From an uncultured delta proteobacterium (GTDB lineage Bacteria; Desulfobacterota; Binatia; Binatales; Binataceae), in NCBI GenBank assembly GCA_963842085.1, contig CAWJET010000001.1, forward strand, positions 2,048,001-2,112,000: a stretch of 64,000 nucleotides of DNA, in the 5' to 3' direction. The notes under the pieces were generated by a model. The model made no database searches and was not told the origin of the DNA. It was given only the letters and a program-made list of their open reading frames with translations. The first letter of the stretch is position 1. Each line of letters starts with the position of its first letter. The translations under genes and the position numbers were made by a program. Below, in pieces: positions 29,821-38,434 of this stretch.

Positions 29821-29855
29821 GGCTCCGGTTTTGAAATCGCGAAGCGGTCCTTGGA

Positions 29856-31139
29856 TCACGCGCTCCTTTTATCTTCCGGCGCCGGCACTCCCGCCTTCGC
29901 CGCCGACTCGAGTACTGCGGATCGAAAGATACCGTGCGCCATCGTCGATTCCTCGCGCTCGGCGCGCGCCGCATAGATTCTCATCCGCGCTTCATGCGCC
30001 GATTTGTCGTCCGGCGCCGCCGCCACTGCCCAGTCGGCCAGATGACACGCGAGCACGATTTCACCCGCCGCAAGTTTCTCATTCGCGCGCGCGATGATCG
30101 GCGCCACGCCGCCCGCCAGCGCCGCGATCTCCCGCGCGCGTTCGCCGTCGGTCGCGGGTTTCAGATTCGACGGCGTGCCGTCGTACCATCCGCCCTCCAG
30201 CCGCCAGATATTGCGGACGATAAACTGGGGCTCGTCGTACACGGCCTGCAGCCAGGGCTTCTCCGCAAGATTCGGCGGCGGTTTCACCGTGTGAATTATC
30301 TCGTCCAGGGATGAGCCCGCGTTCATCATCGCAACGGTCTGATCGTATAAACTTTGCAGGTAGTTCGCCGTGTCGTTCAGCACCTGGCGCACTCGAATCG
30401 CGCCGAACACCGGGTAGCCATGCCCCGGCACGAGCACTTCCGCCCCCAGCCGCGCCATCGCGCGCAGCGCCTCGGCCCATTCGCGCGCGTAGCGCTGCGC
30501 CTTCTGCGGATTGCCGGCATTGGGGGCGGCCCAGATGATCAAGTCTCCGGTGCACAGCACCTTGCGCTGCGGCATAAACACCCAGCAATGGTCGTCGGTC
30601 TCGCCGCGCGCATGATGGCATTCGAACTTGTCGTCGCCCGCAACTACATTCAACTGACTATCGAAGTAGGTATCCGGATATACATACTCAGTCGGCCACG
30701 CCGCGGGCCGGTTGAACTGCCGCGTATTGACTACTGTGTTATAGCCAGTCGTGCGCTTGTAGCGATCGAATCGCGCCGCGACCGCGCGATGCCCCACCAC
30801 ACGCGGCCGCGCGACCTTGTTCTTCTGCGCATCCGCGACGATCGCCGGCATCCCGCACGCGTGGTCGACGTGCCCGTGCGTGTAAATGGCGGTGTTCACC
30901 CGCTCCGGCGAGAACTGCCGAATCAGTTTCACCGTCGCATCCTGGTTGAAGTAGCCGCCCGTGTCGATCAACACCAGGCCCTCGCGCGTTTTGGCGGCCG
31001 TCACGTTCGCGAACCATCGGTAGAACATCACGCCGTCCGCAATTTCCTCGTACTCTCCGGTCGGCAGGAGCGGATGGCACTGGCGGGTCGTAATCGCGCC
31101 GGTGAAAATCTTTTCCGACTGGTCTCTGATAATGCCCAT
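29856..31139 (-). CDS. Alkyl sulfatase-like metallo-beta-lactamase
   Basis: THGHVDH, GETDDH, PNAGNP, PGHG, GWYDG dimerisation region. Confidence 0.9.
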   Translation of the reverse strand: MGIIRDQSEKIFTGAITTRQCHPLLPTGEYEEIADGVMFYRWFANVTAAKTREGLVLIDTGGYFNQDATVKLIRQFSPERVNTAIYTHGHVDHACGMPAIVADAQKNKVARPRVVGHRAVAARFDRYKRTTGYNTVVNTRQFNRPAAWPTEYVYPDTYFDSQLNVVAGDDKFECHHARGETDDHCWVFMPQRKVLCTGDLIIWAAPNAGNPQKAQRYAREWAEALRAMARLGAEVLVPGHGYPVFGAIRVRQVLNDTANYLQSLYDQTVAMMNAGSSLDEIIHTVKPPPNLAEKPWLQAVYDEPQFIVRNIWRLEGGWYDGTPSNLKPATDGERAREIAALAGGVAPIIARANEKLAAGEIVLACHLADWAVAAAPDDKSAHEARMRIYAARAEREESTMAHGIFRSAVLESAAKAGVPAPEDKRSA

Positions 31140-31160
31140 CGCTGAATCTTCCTCGGCGAC

Positions 31161-31859
31161 TCAATCGATTCGATGCAGCTCCCCGATGTGCCGAATCTTC
31201 TCATGCTCGACCCAGGTGTAGCGCTCGTGCTGATCGACGAGCCGTGCTTCGATGCCCGCCGCGCGCGCGCCCTCGACGTCGATCGAATAGATGTCTCCGG
31301 CAAATTTCACTTCGCCGGGAGCGGCGCCCAGGCGCTCGAGCGCGATTCGAAAAATCCGCGGGTCGGGCTTGGCGACGCCGACAATGTGCGAGTCGATTAT
31401 CACGTCGAAGTAATCCGCCAGCCTGAATCGTCTGGCATCCGCCTCGACCTGCCCCTCCGCATTGGACACGATCGCGAGCTTGTAGCCGGCGGACTTGAAT
31501 GCCTCCAGCGCCTCGAACGTGCCCGGCCGCACGACGCGCCAGAGCGTGGCCTCGCGATGTATCGCGCTGAACCTCGCCGCGCATTCGCGGAATTCCTCTT
31601 CTGGAATTCCCGCCGCCGCCATCCAGCCGCGAAAAAAATGCTCGTAAGCCGCACTGGTGGCTTGCCTGTTCCCCTCGCTCATCAGGTGTCGATCGATCGC
31701 CGCGCGCCCCGCGTATTCGGCATGTTCGAGCGCGAGCGCGTCGAGCTTGCGCCCTTCGCGCGAGAATTCGCGCGCGAGCAATTCGAAGTCCAGGAACGCC
31801 AGCGTGCCGCCAAAGTCGAAGAGCAGCGCCTTGAGGTTTTCCCTCTTCTTCGGGCTCAT
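31161..31859 (-). CDS. HAD-superfamily hydrolase
   Basis: FDFGGTL, VSN, KPDPRIF, GDIYSIDVEGA. Confidence 0.92.
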   Translation of the reverse strand: MSPKKRENLKALLFDFGGTLAFLDFELLAREFSREGRKLDALALEHAEYAGRAAIDRHLMSEGNRQATSAAYEHFFRGWMAAAGIPEEEFRECAARFSAIHREATLWRVVRPGTFEALEAFKSAGYKLAIVSNAEGQVEADARRFRLADYFDVIIDSHIVGVAKPDPRIFRIALERLGAAPGEVKFAGDIYSIDVEGARAAGIEARLVDQHERYTWVEHEKIRHIGELHRID

Positions 31860-31927
31860 TCCGCTAAAGCTTAGCAGGAACCGTCGCCACCGGCGCGGGC
31901 TATCACACGAGTAACGATGGATTGTGG

Positions 31928-32317
31928 TCAGCCGGTGTAGGTCGCGATGTACCAGATGTTGCCGAAGGAGTCCTTCACGCCGGCGGCGCGCTCCTGGTAG
32001 GGCTTGTCTTCGGGGGCGGTGATCGAGGTTGCGCCGGCCGCCAGCGCGCGCTGGTAGGCTGCGTCCACGTCGTCGACGTACACATAGATGGAAGCGGGCT
32101 TGCCGCCGGGATGAGGCGGGTCGCAGACCTCCATCACGACCATCGAATCGCCGATTTTGGCCTCGACGTGAAAGCCCCTGCCGACTCCGAGGCGCTGCAA
32201 TTCCACCGCACCGAAGGCCCGCTTTACCAGTTCCAACATGTCCAAACGGCCGTACAAGTAGGGTCGGACACTGCCGACGCCATGGCGGATGTGGCTTGTG
32301 GCACTACGCATGGGCAT
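31928..32317 (-). CDS. VOC/glyoxalase (PhnB-like) protein
   Basis: YVDDVDAAYQRALAAGA, VKDSFGNIW. Confidence 0.9.
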   Translation of the reverse strand: MPMRSATSHIRHGVGSVRPYLYGRLDMLELVKRAFGAVELQRLGVGRGFHVEAKIGDSMVVMEVCDPPHPGGKPASIYVYVDDVDAAYQRALAAGATSITAPEDKPYQERAAGVKDSFGNIWYIATYTG

Positions 32318-32492
32318 TCTCCGGGCGGACATTATACCGGTATTGGCTGTATCGGTATTAACCAGGCAACGTCCTAATGGTTACGGTATCGCTACTGAGG
32401 GGCTTGGTTTATCCGTGTGCGGTTCGTATTCTAACAGGTCGGTTGCCAAGGCTCGCAGCTTGAATCTACAATCAGTCCGGGGAGATTGACGA

Positions 32493-33797
32493 ATGGCCGA
32501 TCCGCTTAGCTTCGAGGCGCTGGCGAGCAGCGAACATGTGCTGTCCAGCGCGGAAAACTTCGTTCTCTACGTGTTGCTCGAGGCTGTTGCCCGGGGCGCG
32601 GGCGGCGCGGGCGGCGGCAGCCGGGTGCCGCTCAACTTGGGTGTGGTGATAGATCGGTCGGGCTCGATGTACGACGAACGGCGGCTGGAATTCGTCGTCG
32701 ACGCAGTCAAATTCCTGGCCGACAACCTGACCGAGGACGACAAGGTCTCGATAGTCGCGTTTGCCGACAAGGCGAAAGTGATAATCACGCCCGAGGCCGC
32801 GCGTGACAAGGCCGCGATCAAACGCGCGATCGACGATATCGACCTGCTCGAAATCGGCGGCGGCACGCAGATGGCGCTCGGGATGCGTGCGGCAATCGAC
32901 GAGGTCAAGAAAAATCTCAGCCCCGATCGCCTCAATCGCGTGCTGGTGCTCACCGACGGCCAGACCTACGAAGAGACGGCTTGTATCGACCTGGTCGAGA
33001 AGAACCGCGGCGAGATTTCGTTCTCGACGATGGGCGTCGGCGTCGAGTTCAACGAGAAACTGCTGCAACGCCTGGCGCAGGACTCCAACGGCAAATATCA
33101 TTTCATCGGCGACCCGGCCGAGATTCCCAGCATTTTCGAAGACGAGCTCGAGGGACTGCGCTCGGTGAGCCTGCGCAACGGGCGAATCGAGGTGACCCTG
33201 TCGCAGGGCGTGCAGGTGCGCGAAGCGTTTCGAGCTTCGCCGGAAATTTACGTGCTCGGCACGCCGTTGGTCGGCGAGGACCGCAAAATCGGCTACGAGA
33301 TTGGCGACCTGCAGGCGGGCGTGCCCGGCTCCGTGCTGTTGACGCTGGTGCTGCCGCCGCGCAAGCCGGGGCAGGTCAGAATTCTGCAAAGCACGTTCCA
33401 TTACGAGGTGCCGGGCGGCGGCGAAAAGACCGTGGAATGCGATCTGACCGTCGATTACACGCTCGATCGGACGCTGACCAGCAAGCGCAACGGCCGCGTC
33501 ATGAACCTGGTGGACCAGGTCTCGATCGCCAAGCTGCAGGCCAAGGCGGAAGAGGAACTCAAGGCGGGCAACGTCGACCGGGCGACGCGCCTGCTCGGCA
33601 ACGCGCTGCAAGGCACGCAGCGGATGGGCAATGTCAAGGCGACGCAGGCGCTGTCGGGTCTGATCGATCAGATCAAGAAGACGCAGACTCTGCAGACCAA
33701 GGCGGCCAAGACCACGCTGCTGCAAGCGCAGGCAGTGGTGCGCAAGACCCAGATGCTCGATCCGGAAGCGTTGAAGGAATTTCAGAAGTCCGACTAG
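32493..33797 (+). CDS. von Willebrand factor A domain protein with helical C-terminus
   Basis: MIDAS residues DRSGS...GGT...LTDG. Confidence 0.92.
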   Translation: MADPLSFEALASSEHVLSSAENFVLYVLLEAVARGAGGAGGGSRVPLNLGVVIDRSGSMYDERRLEFVVDAVKFLADNLTEDDKVSIVAFADKAKVIITPEAARDKAAIKRAIDDIDLLEIGGGTQMALGMRAAIDEVKKNLSPDRLNRVLVLTDGQTYEETACIDLVEKNRGEISFSTMGVGVEFNEKLLQRLAQDSNGKYHFIGDPAEIPSIFEDELEGLRSVSLRNGRIEVTLSQGVQVREAFRASPEIYVLGTPLVGEDRKIGYEIGDLQAGVPGSVLLTLVLPPRKPGQVRILQSTFHYEVPGGGEKTVECDLTVDYTLDRTLTSKRNGRVMNLVDQVSIAKLQAKAEEELKAGNVDRATRLLGNALQGTQRMGNVKATQALSGLIDQIKKTQTLQTKAAKTTLLQAQAVVRKTQMLDPEALKEFQKSD

Positions 33798-33886
33798 TGT
33801 TATCGCGTGAAACGTGAAAGATGGAAATGAAATTTGGTGAACGGCACGGTACCGATACTTCGAACTCACCGGCGAGGGCTTAGACC

Positions 33887-34531
33887 ATGATCAAATGCGG
33901 CGAATGCGGCTACGAAAACATGGACGGACTTGATTACTGCGACGGATGCGGCGCGAAGCTCGCCGCCGCCGGCACCGCCGCTGGCGCTCCCGCTGCCGCG
34001 GCTCCCGAAGCCGCGGCTCCCGAAGCAGCGCCAGCCGCTCCCGCTGCTGAAAGCACCGACGCTAACGCGGCGCCTGCGGACGGGGCGGCGGCTCCGACGG
34101 CAGAAGCGCCCAAGTCGGAAGCGCCGACCGGTGAGATCAAGCCGGAGGCCGCGCCCGAAAGTGCGCCCGCAACGGCGGCCGCTGCGGCGCCGTTCAAGGC
34201 GAAGCTGGCGGTGGTTCGCGGCGGACGCAAGGGCCAGGAATTCCCGCTCGAAGACGGCAACAATCTGATCGGCAGATGGGATCCCGAGACGGGATCGTTT
34301 CCGGAGGTGGATCTCGACGCCGACGATCCCGAGGCGAAGATCTCGCGCAAGCACGCGCTGATTCGAATCGAAGGAGGCAAGATCACGATCGAGGACATCG
34401 GCAGTCTCAACGGCACCTACGTGAATCGTCAGCCGCGGCTCTCGCCGGGCAGTCCCGCCGAGATCAAGTCGGGTGACGAAGTGATCATCGGAAAAACGTT
34501 TTTGAAGCTGGTGGTAGAACCGATCTCTTGA
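33887..34531 (+). CDS. Zn-ribbon + Ala/Pro/Glu linker + FHA domain protein
   Basis: CGECG...CDGCG; IGR, SRKH, SLNGT. Confidence 0.92.
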   Translation: MIKCGECGYENMDGLDYCDGCGAKLAAAGTAAGAPAAAAPEAAAPEAAPAAPAAESTDANAAPADGAAAPTAEAPKSEAPTGEIKPEAAPESAPATAAAAAPFKAKLAVVRGGRKGQEFPLEDGNNLIGRWDPETGSFPEVDLDADDPEAKISRKHALIRIEGGKITIEDIGSLNGTYVNRQPRLSPGSPAEIKSGDEVIIGKTFLKLVVEPIS

Positions 34532-34606
34532 GCCGCCATCCCCTCCAGTCGCGCCCGGAAGTACGCCGCGTGCGTGGAAGCTGATGGGGGGTTATAGACA
34601 ATCGCC

Positions 34607-36343
34607 ATGAATGCGGGTGAGGAGCTCCCCGAGGGCCATCTTCTCGACGGTCGTTACCGCGTCAAGAAGGTGCTCGGCGTTGGCGGGATGGGACGCGTGT
34701 ACCTGTCCAACGACACGCGCCTGGCGAACCGGCCGGTGGCGGTCAAAGAGATGGTCGTCGGCGACGGAATCCAGGAGAAAAAGGCGGTCGAGGATTTCGC
34801 GCGCGAGGCCAACGTGCTCGCGCGCCTGTCGCATCCGGGGATCCCCACTCTGATCGATCACTTCGCCGAGAACGCGCGCCATTACCTGGTGATGGAGTTT
34901 GTCGCGGGCGGCGATTTGCAGCACCTGCTCGACAAGCTGGGGCCCAAGGGCAAAGTCGCCGAGGACCGAGTTCTCAGGTGGGCGCGGCAGATGCTCGACG
35001 TGCTCGATTTCCTGCACGGGCAAAAGCCGCCGATAATTTATCGCGACCTGAAGCCCGGCAATATCATGATCGACAAGGACGGCCGCGCGATGCTGATCGA
35101 TTTCGGCATCGCGCGCTTCCTGCCGCCGGGCGGACGCGGCACGCAAATCGGTTCGGTCGGCTACGCGCCACCCGAGCAGTACATGGGCAAGGTCGAGACG
35201 CGCTCGGACCTTTACTCGCTGGCCGCCACCATGCATCACCTGCTGACCGGGCGCGATCCGCAGCTCGAGCCGCCGTTCAGCTTTCCTCCCCTGCGCGCGC
35301 TCGCGCCCGAGGTTTCGGTCAAGACGGCCGACGCCGTAATGCGCGCGCTCGAGCAGGACGTGACCAAGCGGCCGGCGTCGGCAAAAGAGATGAAGCGCGC
35401 ACTGCCCGAGCCGCCGCCCGAGAACAAGTCGGGGCAACTGAGTGGGAGCGCGGGACTCGCGATCGGCGCCGGCGCGGGCGCGCCGAGTCCGATGTCCACG
35501 CAGTCGACAGTGGTGCTGAGCAATTCGAATGCGCCGGCGGCGGCGCCACGGTCGCGGCCGATGACCCCGTGGAAGTCGGCGGTATCGAGTGCGCCGGCGT
35601 CCACGATGCCAACGATCGTGCTGAGCGAGCCGGCCGCGGCAAAAATCAAGAGCGGCGGTGGAACGGGCGGCAGCACGGCGGCCAAGCTCGTCGCGCCGCA
35701 AATCAAAAGGGCGATCGAGCTCGGCGGCAAAGCGCGCAGCATGATTGAGCGTCGGCTCAAGGCGCGCATGTCCGCATCGGCGCACAGCGCGGCTCCGAAT
35801 CCGTCATCGACGGCCAAGACGAAAGAGTTGAAGCCGGCGGTAGCGGCGTCGTCGTACGGATCGCGACTCGGCTCGACCGGCGACTCGGCGCAGGCCGACA
35901 CCAAAGCCCGGACGGGTTCGCGCGCATCTTCGTCGCGCAGCTATTCGCCGCGGATTTCGACGGGTCCAGGTGCCGGCGGATTGTTTGCAAACAACAACAA
36001 CGGCGCCGTCGACGTATCCGCCGCGCCGGCCAAGCTGGTCTCGCGCGGCGATGAAATCGAGTTCGGCATTTTTGGGATGCGCACCGTGATCGGACGCTCG
36101 CAGGATAAGGCCGACAAGCTCGATATCGATTTGAAGAAGCTCGCGCAGGGCGGCGATCGCGTCTCGCGGCGCCATGCGGAGATAGTGCTGCGCGGCACCG
36201 ACTACTTCATCCGCGATCTGGGCAGCCTGAACGGCACGTATATCGCCGGGCGCGGCAAGCTCGGGCGCGACCAACTGTATAAGTTGAAAGACCGCGACCA
36301 GGTGGTGTTCGGTGGTGCTATATTGCAGTTTCGGAGAGGCTAG
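34607..36343 (+). CDS. Cytoplasmic Hanks-type Ser/Thr kinase with C-terminal FHA domain
   Basis: GVGGMG, AVKE, YRDLKPGN, DFG, APPE; FHA motifs IGR/SRRH/SLNGT; no TM segment. Confidence 0.95.
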   Translation: MNAGEELPEGHLLDGRYRVKKVLGVGGMGRVYLSNDTRLANRPVAVKEMVVGDGIQEKKAVEDFAREANVLARLSHPGIPTLIDHFAENARHYLVMEFVAGGDLQHLLDKLGPKGKVAEDRVLRWARQMLDVLDFLHGQKPPIIYRDLKPGNIMIDKDGRAMLIDFGIARFLPPGGRGTQIGSVGYAPPEQYMGKVETRSDLYSLAATMHHLLTGRDPQLEPPFSFPPLRALAPEVSVKTADAVMRALEQDVTKRPASAKEMKRALPEPPPENKSGQLSGSAGLAIGAGAGAPSPMSTQSTVVLSNSNAPAAAPRSRPMTPWKSAVSSAPASTMPTIVLSEPAAAKIKSGGGTGGSTAAKLVAPQIKRAIELGGKARSMIERRLKARMSASAHSAAPNPSSTAKTKELKPAVAASSYGSRLGSTGDSAQADTKARTGSRASSSRSYSPRISTGPGAGGLFANNNNGAVDVSAAPAKLVSRGDEIEFGIFGMRTVIGRSQDKADKLDIDLKKLAQGGDRVSRRHAEIVLRGTDYFIRDLGSLNGTYIAGRGKLGRDQLYKLKDRDQVVFGGAILQFRRG

Positions 36344-36349
36344 CGGCGC

Positions 36350-38407
36350 ATGATCACCTGTCCTGAATGCGGCCAAGAGGCGCCGGACGACGCCACGTTT
36401 TGCGATCGATGCGGTCAGGGACTGTCCAAGGCAGCCTCATCCGCGGCGCAGTCGTCGCCGACGCGGCCGACGCCTCTGACAGCCTGCACGTCACTCAGAG
36501 GCGGAATCGAGATAGTCGCGCTGACGGGCCAGACGTCGATTGAAAATCGCTATCGGGCAAAACGGGTCCGCGACGGCAAGACGGAATCGATCGCATTGCG
36601 CGAGCGCTTCGGCCCGCAACCGGCGGCAGAAGCTGTCGATGAAGCGCCGGTGGTCGAGACGCCTGCGCCGCAGGCGGTGCGTAACGAAGATCCCAACGGT
36701 CCGAGCGCCAAGACGGCGGAACTCAGACCGCAGGCTGCGCAAACCAATGGGACCGCATCCGCGGCGCCGCCGCAGCACGCGTCGAGTGCGCCCGTGGCAG
36801 CGCCGGCCGGCACCGACGCGTCGGCGGAAGGCATACAGTCGGCGGTCGCGACCGAAGCGAGCGCTGGCGTTTTGGCCGAGGCCGCGGAGAATGCATCGCC
36901 GGATGAAGCGAGCGAAGCGGCGGAAGCGGCGGTCGTAGCCGAAACTCAGCAAAATTCGGCGAGCGGCGACGGCGCGCTCGAGGATGAATCGCCCGTGGGC
37001 GGCGAAGATCTCGGTGAGGTCTTCGGGCGTGTGCTGGCGCTGTCACAAACGATCAGCCATCCGGCGTTTCAGCGCGCGATCGAAGGATTCGCTTCGGTTG
37101 AAAACGGCCGCGTGTACCTGATTTACGCCGACGAGGTACTAAAGCCGCTGCGTCGCGGTTCTCAGAAAATGAGCGAGCCGGAAGCGATCGCGGCCGCGGT
37201 GCAGCTCTGCCAGGCGATTTCGTTTGTGCATCGCCGGGCGCTCAGGCTCAACGACATCTGCCCGGAATCGGTTTCGCTTGCCAAGGACGGCCGGCTCAAG
37301 CTGACGGGCCTGGACTACGTCAGCAACGACAACGAACTTCAGAGCGAGCCGATTTTCAACGACGGCTACACGGCGCCCGAGATTTATCGCGGCAAAAAAG
37401 TGGACAAGCGCGCTGACATTTTCTCGGCCGGCGCGCTCCTCTACACGTGGCTCACGGGCGCGAGGATTCCCAGCGAGAGCTGGCGCGAAGAGGCCGGACC
37501 GGTCCAGTTCTATCCGCCGCATGTCGTCACACCGCGGCTGGAGAATGCGATTCGCCGTGCGATCGCCTTCAGTCCCGCCGATCGCTGGCCGACGGTCGAC
37601 GAGTTCAAGGCCGAGCTGATCGCGCTCGGAAGCACGATTCGCCTGCGCGCGGCCGCGATGACCGACGTTGGCCGTGTGCGCGAGCATAACGAGGACTCGG
37701 TGCTGGCGGTCGAGTACGTACGCGAATCGCTGGTCGAGCCGGCGCAGACGCATTTGTATGTCGTGGCCGACGGAATGGGCGGCGCGGAGGCCGGCGAAGT
37801 CGCTTCCGCAATTGCCGTTGAGACGATCCGGAGTTACATTGAGACCCGGCTCGATACCGCACGTGGAGAAGTTAAAAACGGAGCGGAGCTGCTGACGGGC
37901 GCGCTCGAAGAAGCGAATTCCAGGATTATCGACTATGTGGCGAGCCATCCGGAGTCGCGCGGAATGGGTTCGACGGGCGTTTGCGCGCTGGTCACGCCTT
38001 CAAACGCGGCCGTGGCCTGGGTCGGCGACAGCCGGGGATACGTGATGGAAGGCGCGACGCTTCGCCAGGTCACGAAGGATCATTCTCTCGTGCAGCGGCT
38101 GGTCGAAATAGGCCAGATAACCGCTGAGGAAGCGCACACGCACGAGCACAAGAACGTGATCACGCGCTCGCTCGGCGCGCGCCAGAGCGGACCAGCCGGG
38201 GCGGAGGCGGTCGCGCTCAAGCTGAAACGCGGGGACAAGCTGATGCTGTGCAGCGACGGCTTGACGGCGCACGTCATGGACAATCAGATCCGCGACATCC
38301 TGGGGCGCAACGCGGATCCCTTCGACGCGGCGCGCGAATTAATCGTCGCAGCCAACGCCGGTGGCGGTACCGACAACATTTCAGTGATTGTAGTCTATGC
38401 AAGCTAG
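36350..38407 (+). CDS. Zn-ribbon + degenerate kinase domain + PP2C phosphatase fusion
   Basis: CPECG...CDRCG; kinase C-lobe YTAPE/DIFSAG with a degenerate catalytic loop; PP2C motifs NED, VADGMGG, VGDSR, CSDGL, GTDNI. Confidence 0.92.
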   Translation: MITCPECGQEAPDDATFCDRCGQGLSKAASSAAQSSPTRPTPLTACTSLRGGIEIVALTGQTSIENRYRAKRVRDGKTESIALRERFGPQPAAEAVDEAPVVETPAPQAVRNEDPNGPSAKTAELRPQAAQTNGTASAAPPQHASSAPVAAPAGTDASAEGIQSAVATEASAGVLAEAAENASPDEASEAAEAAVVAETQQNSASGDGALEDESPVGGEDLGEVFGRVLALSQTISHPAFQRAIEGFASVENGRVYLIYADEVLKPLRRGSQKMSEPEAIAAAVQLCQAISFVHRRALRLNDICPESVSLAKDGRLKLTGLDYVSNDNELQSEPIFNDGYTAPEIYRGKKVDKRADIFSAGALLYTWLTGARIPSESWREEAGPVQFYPPHVVTPRLENAIRRAIAFSPADRWPTVDEFKAELIALGSTIRLRAAAMTDVGRVREHNEDSVLAVEYVRESLVEPAQTHLYVVADGMGGAEAGEVASAIAVETIRSYIETRLDTARGEVKNGAELLTGALEEANSRIIDYVASHPESRGMGSTGVCALVTPSNAAVAWVGDSRGYVMEGATLRQVTKDHSLVQRLVEIGQITAEEAHTHEHKNVITRSLGARQSGPAGAEAVALKLKRGDKLMLCSDGLTAHVMDNQIRDILGRNADPFDAARELIVAANAGGGTDNISVIVVYAS

Positions 38408-38434
38408 GCGCGAACGACGCGTCGGCGATTAACG

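Noticed and set aside
33808-33836. Short heptamer-like runs (GTGAAAC GTGAAAG; also about 51412-51436) and the CCTCTC...GAGAGG hairpin at 52578-52598
   Set aside because: Too short and degenerate to support more than generic intergenic repeat remnants.
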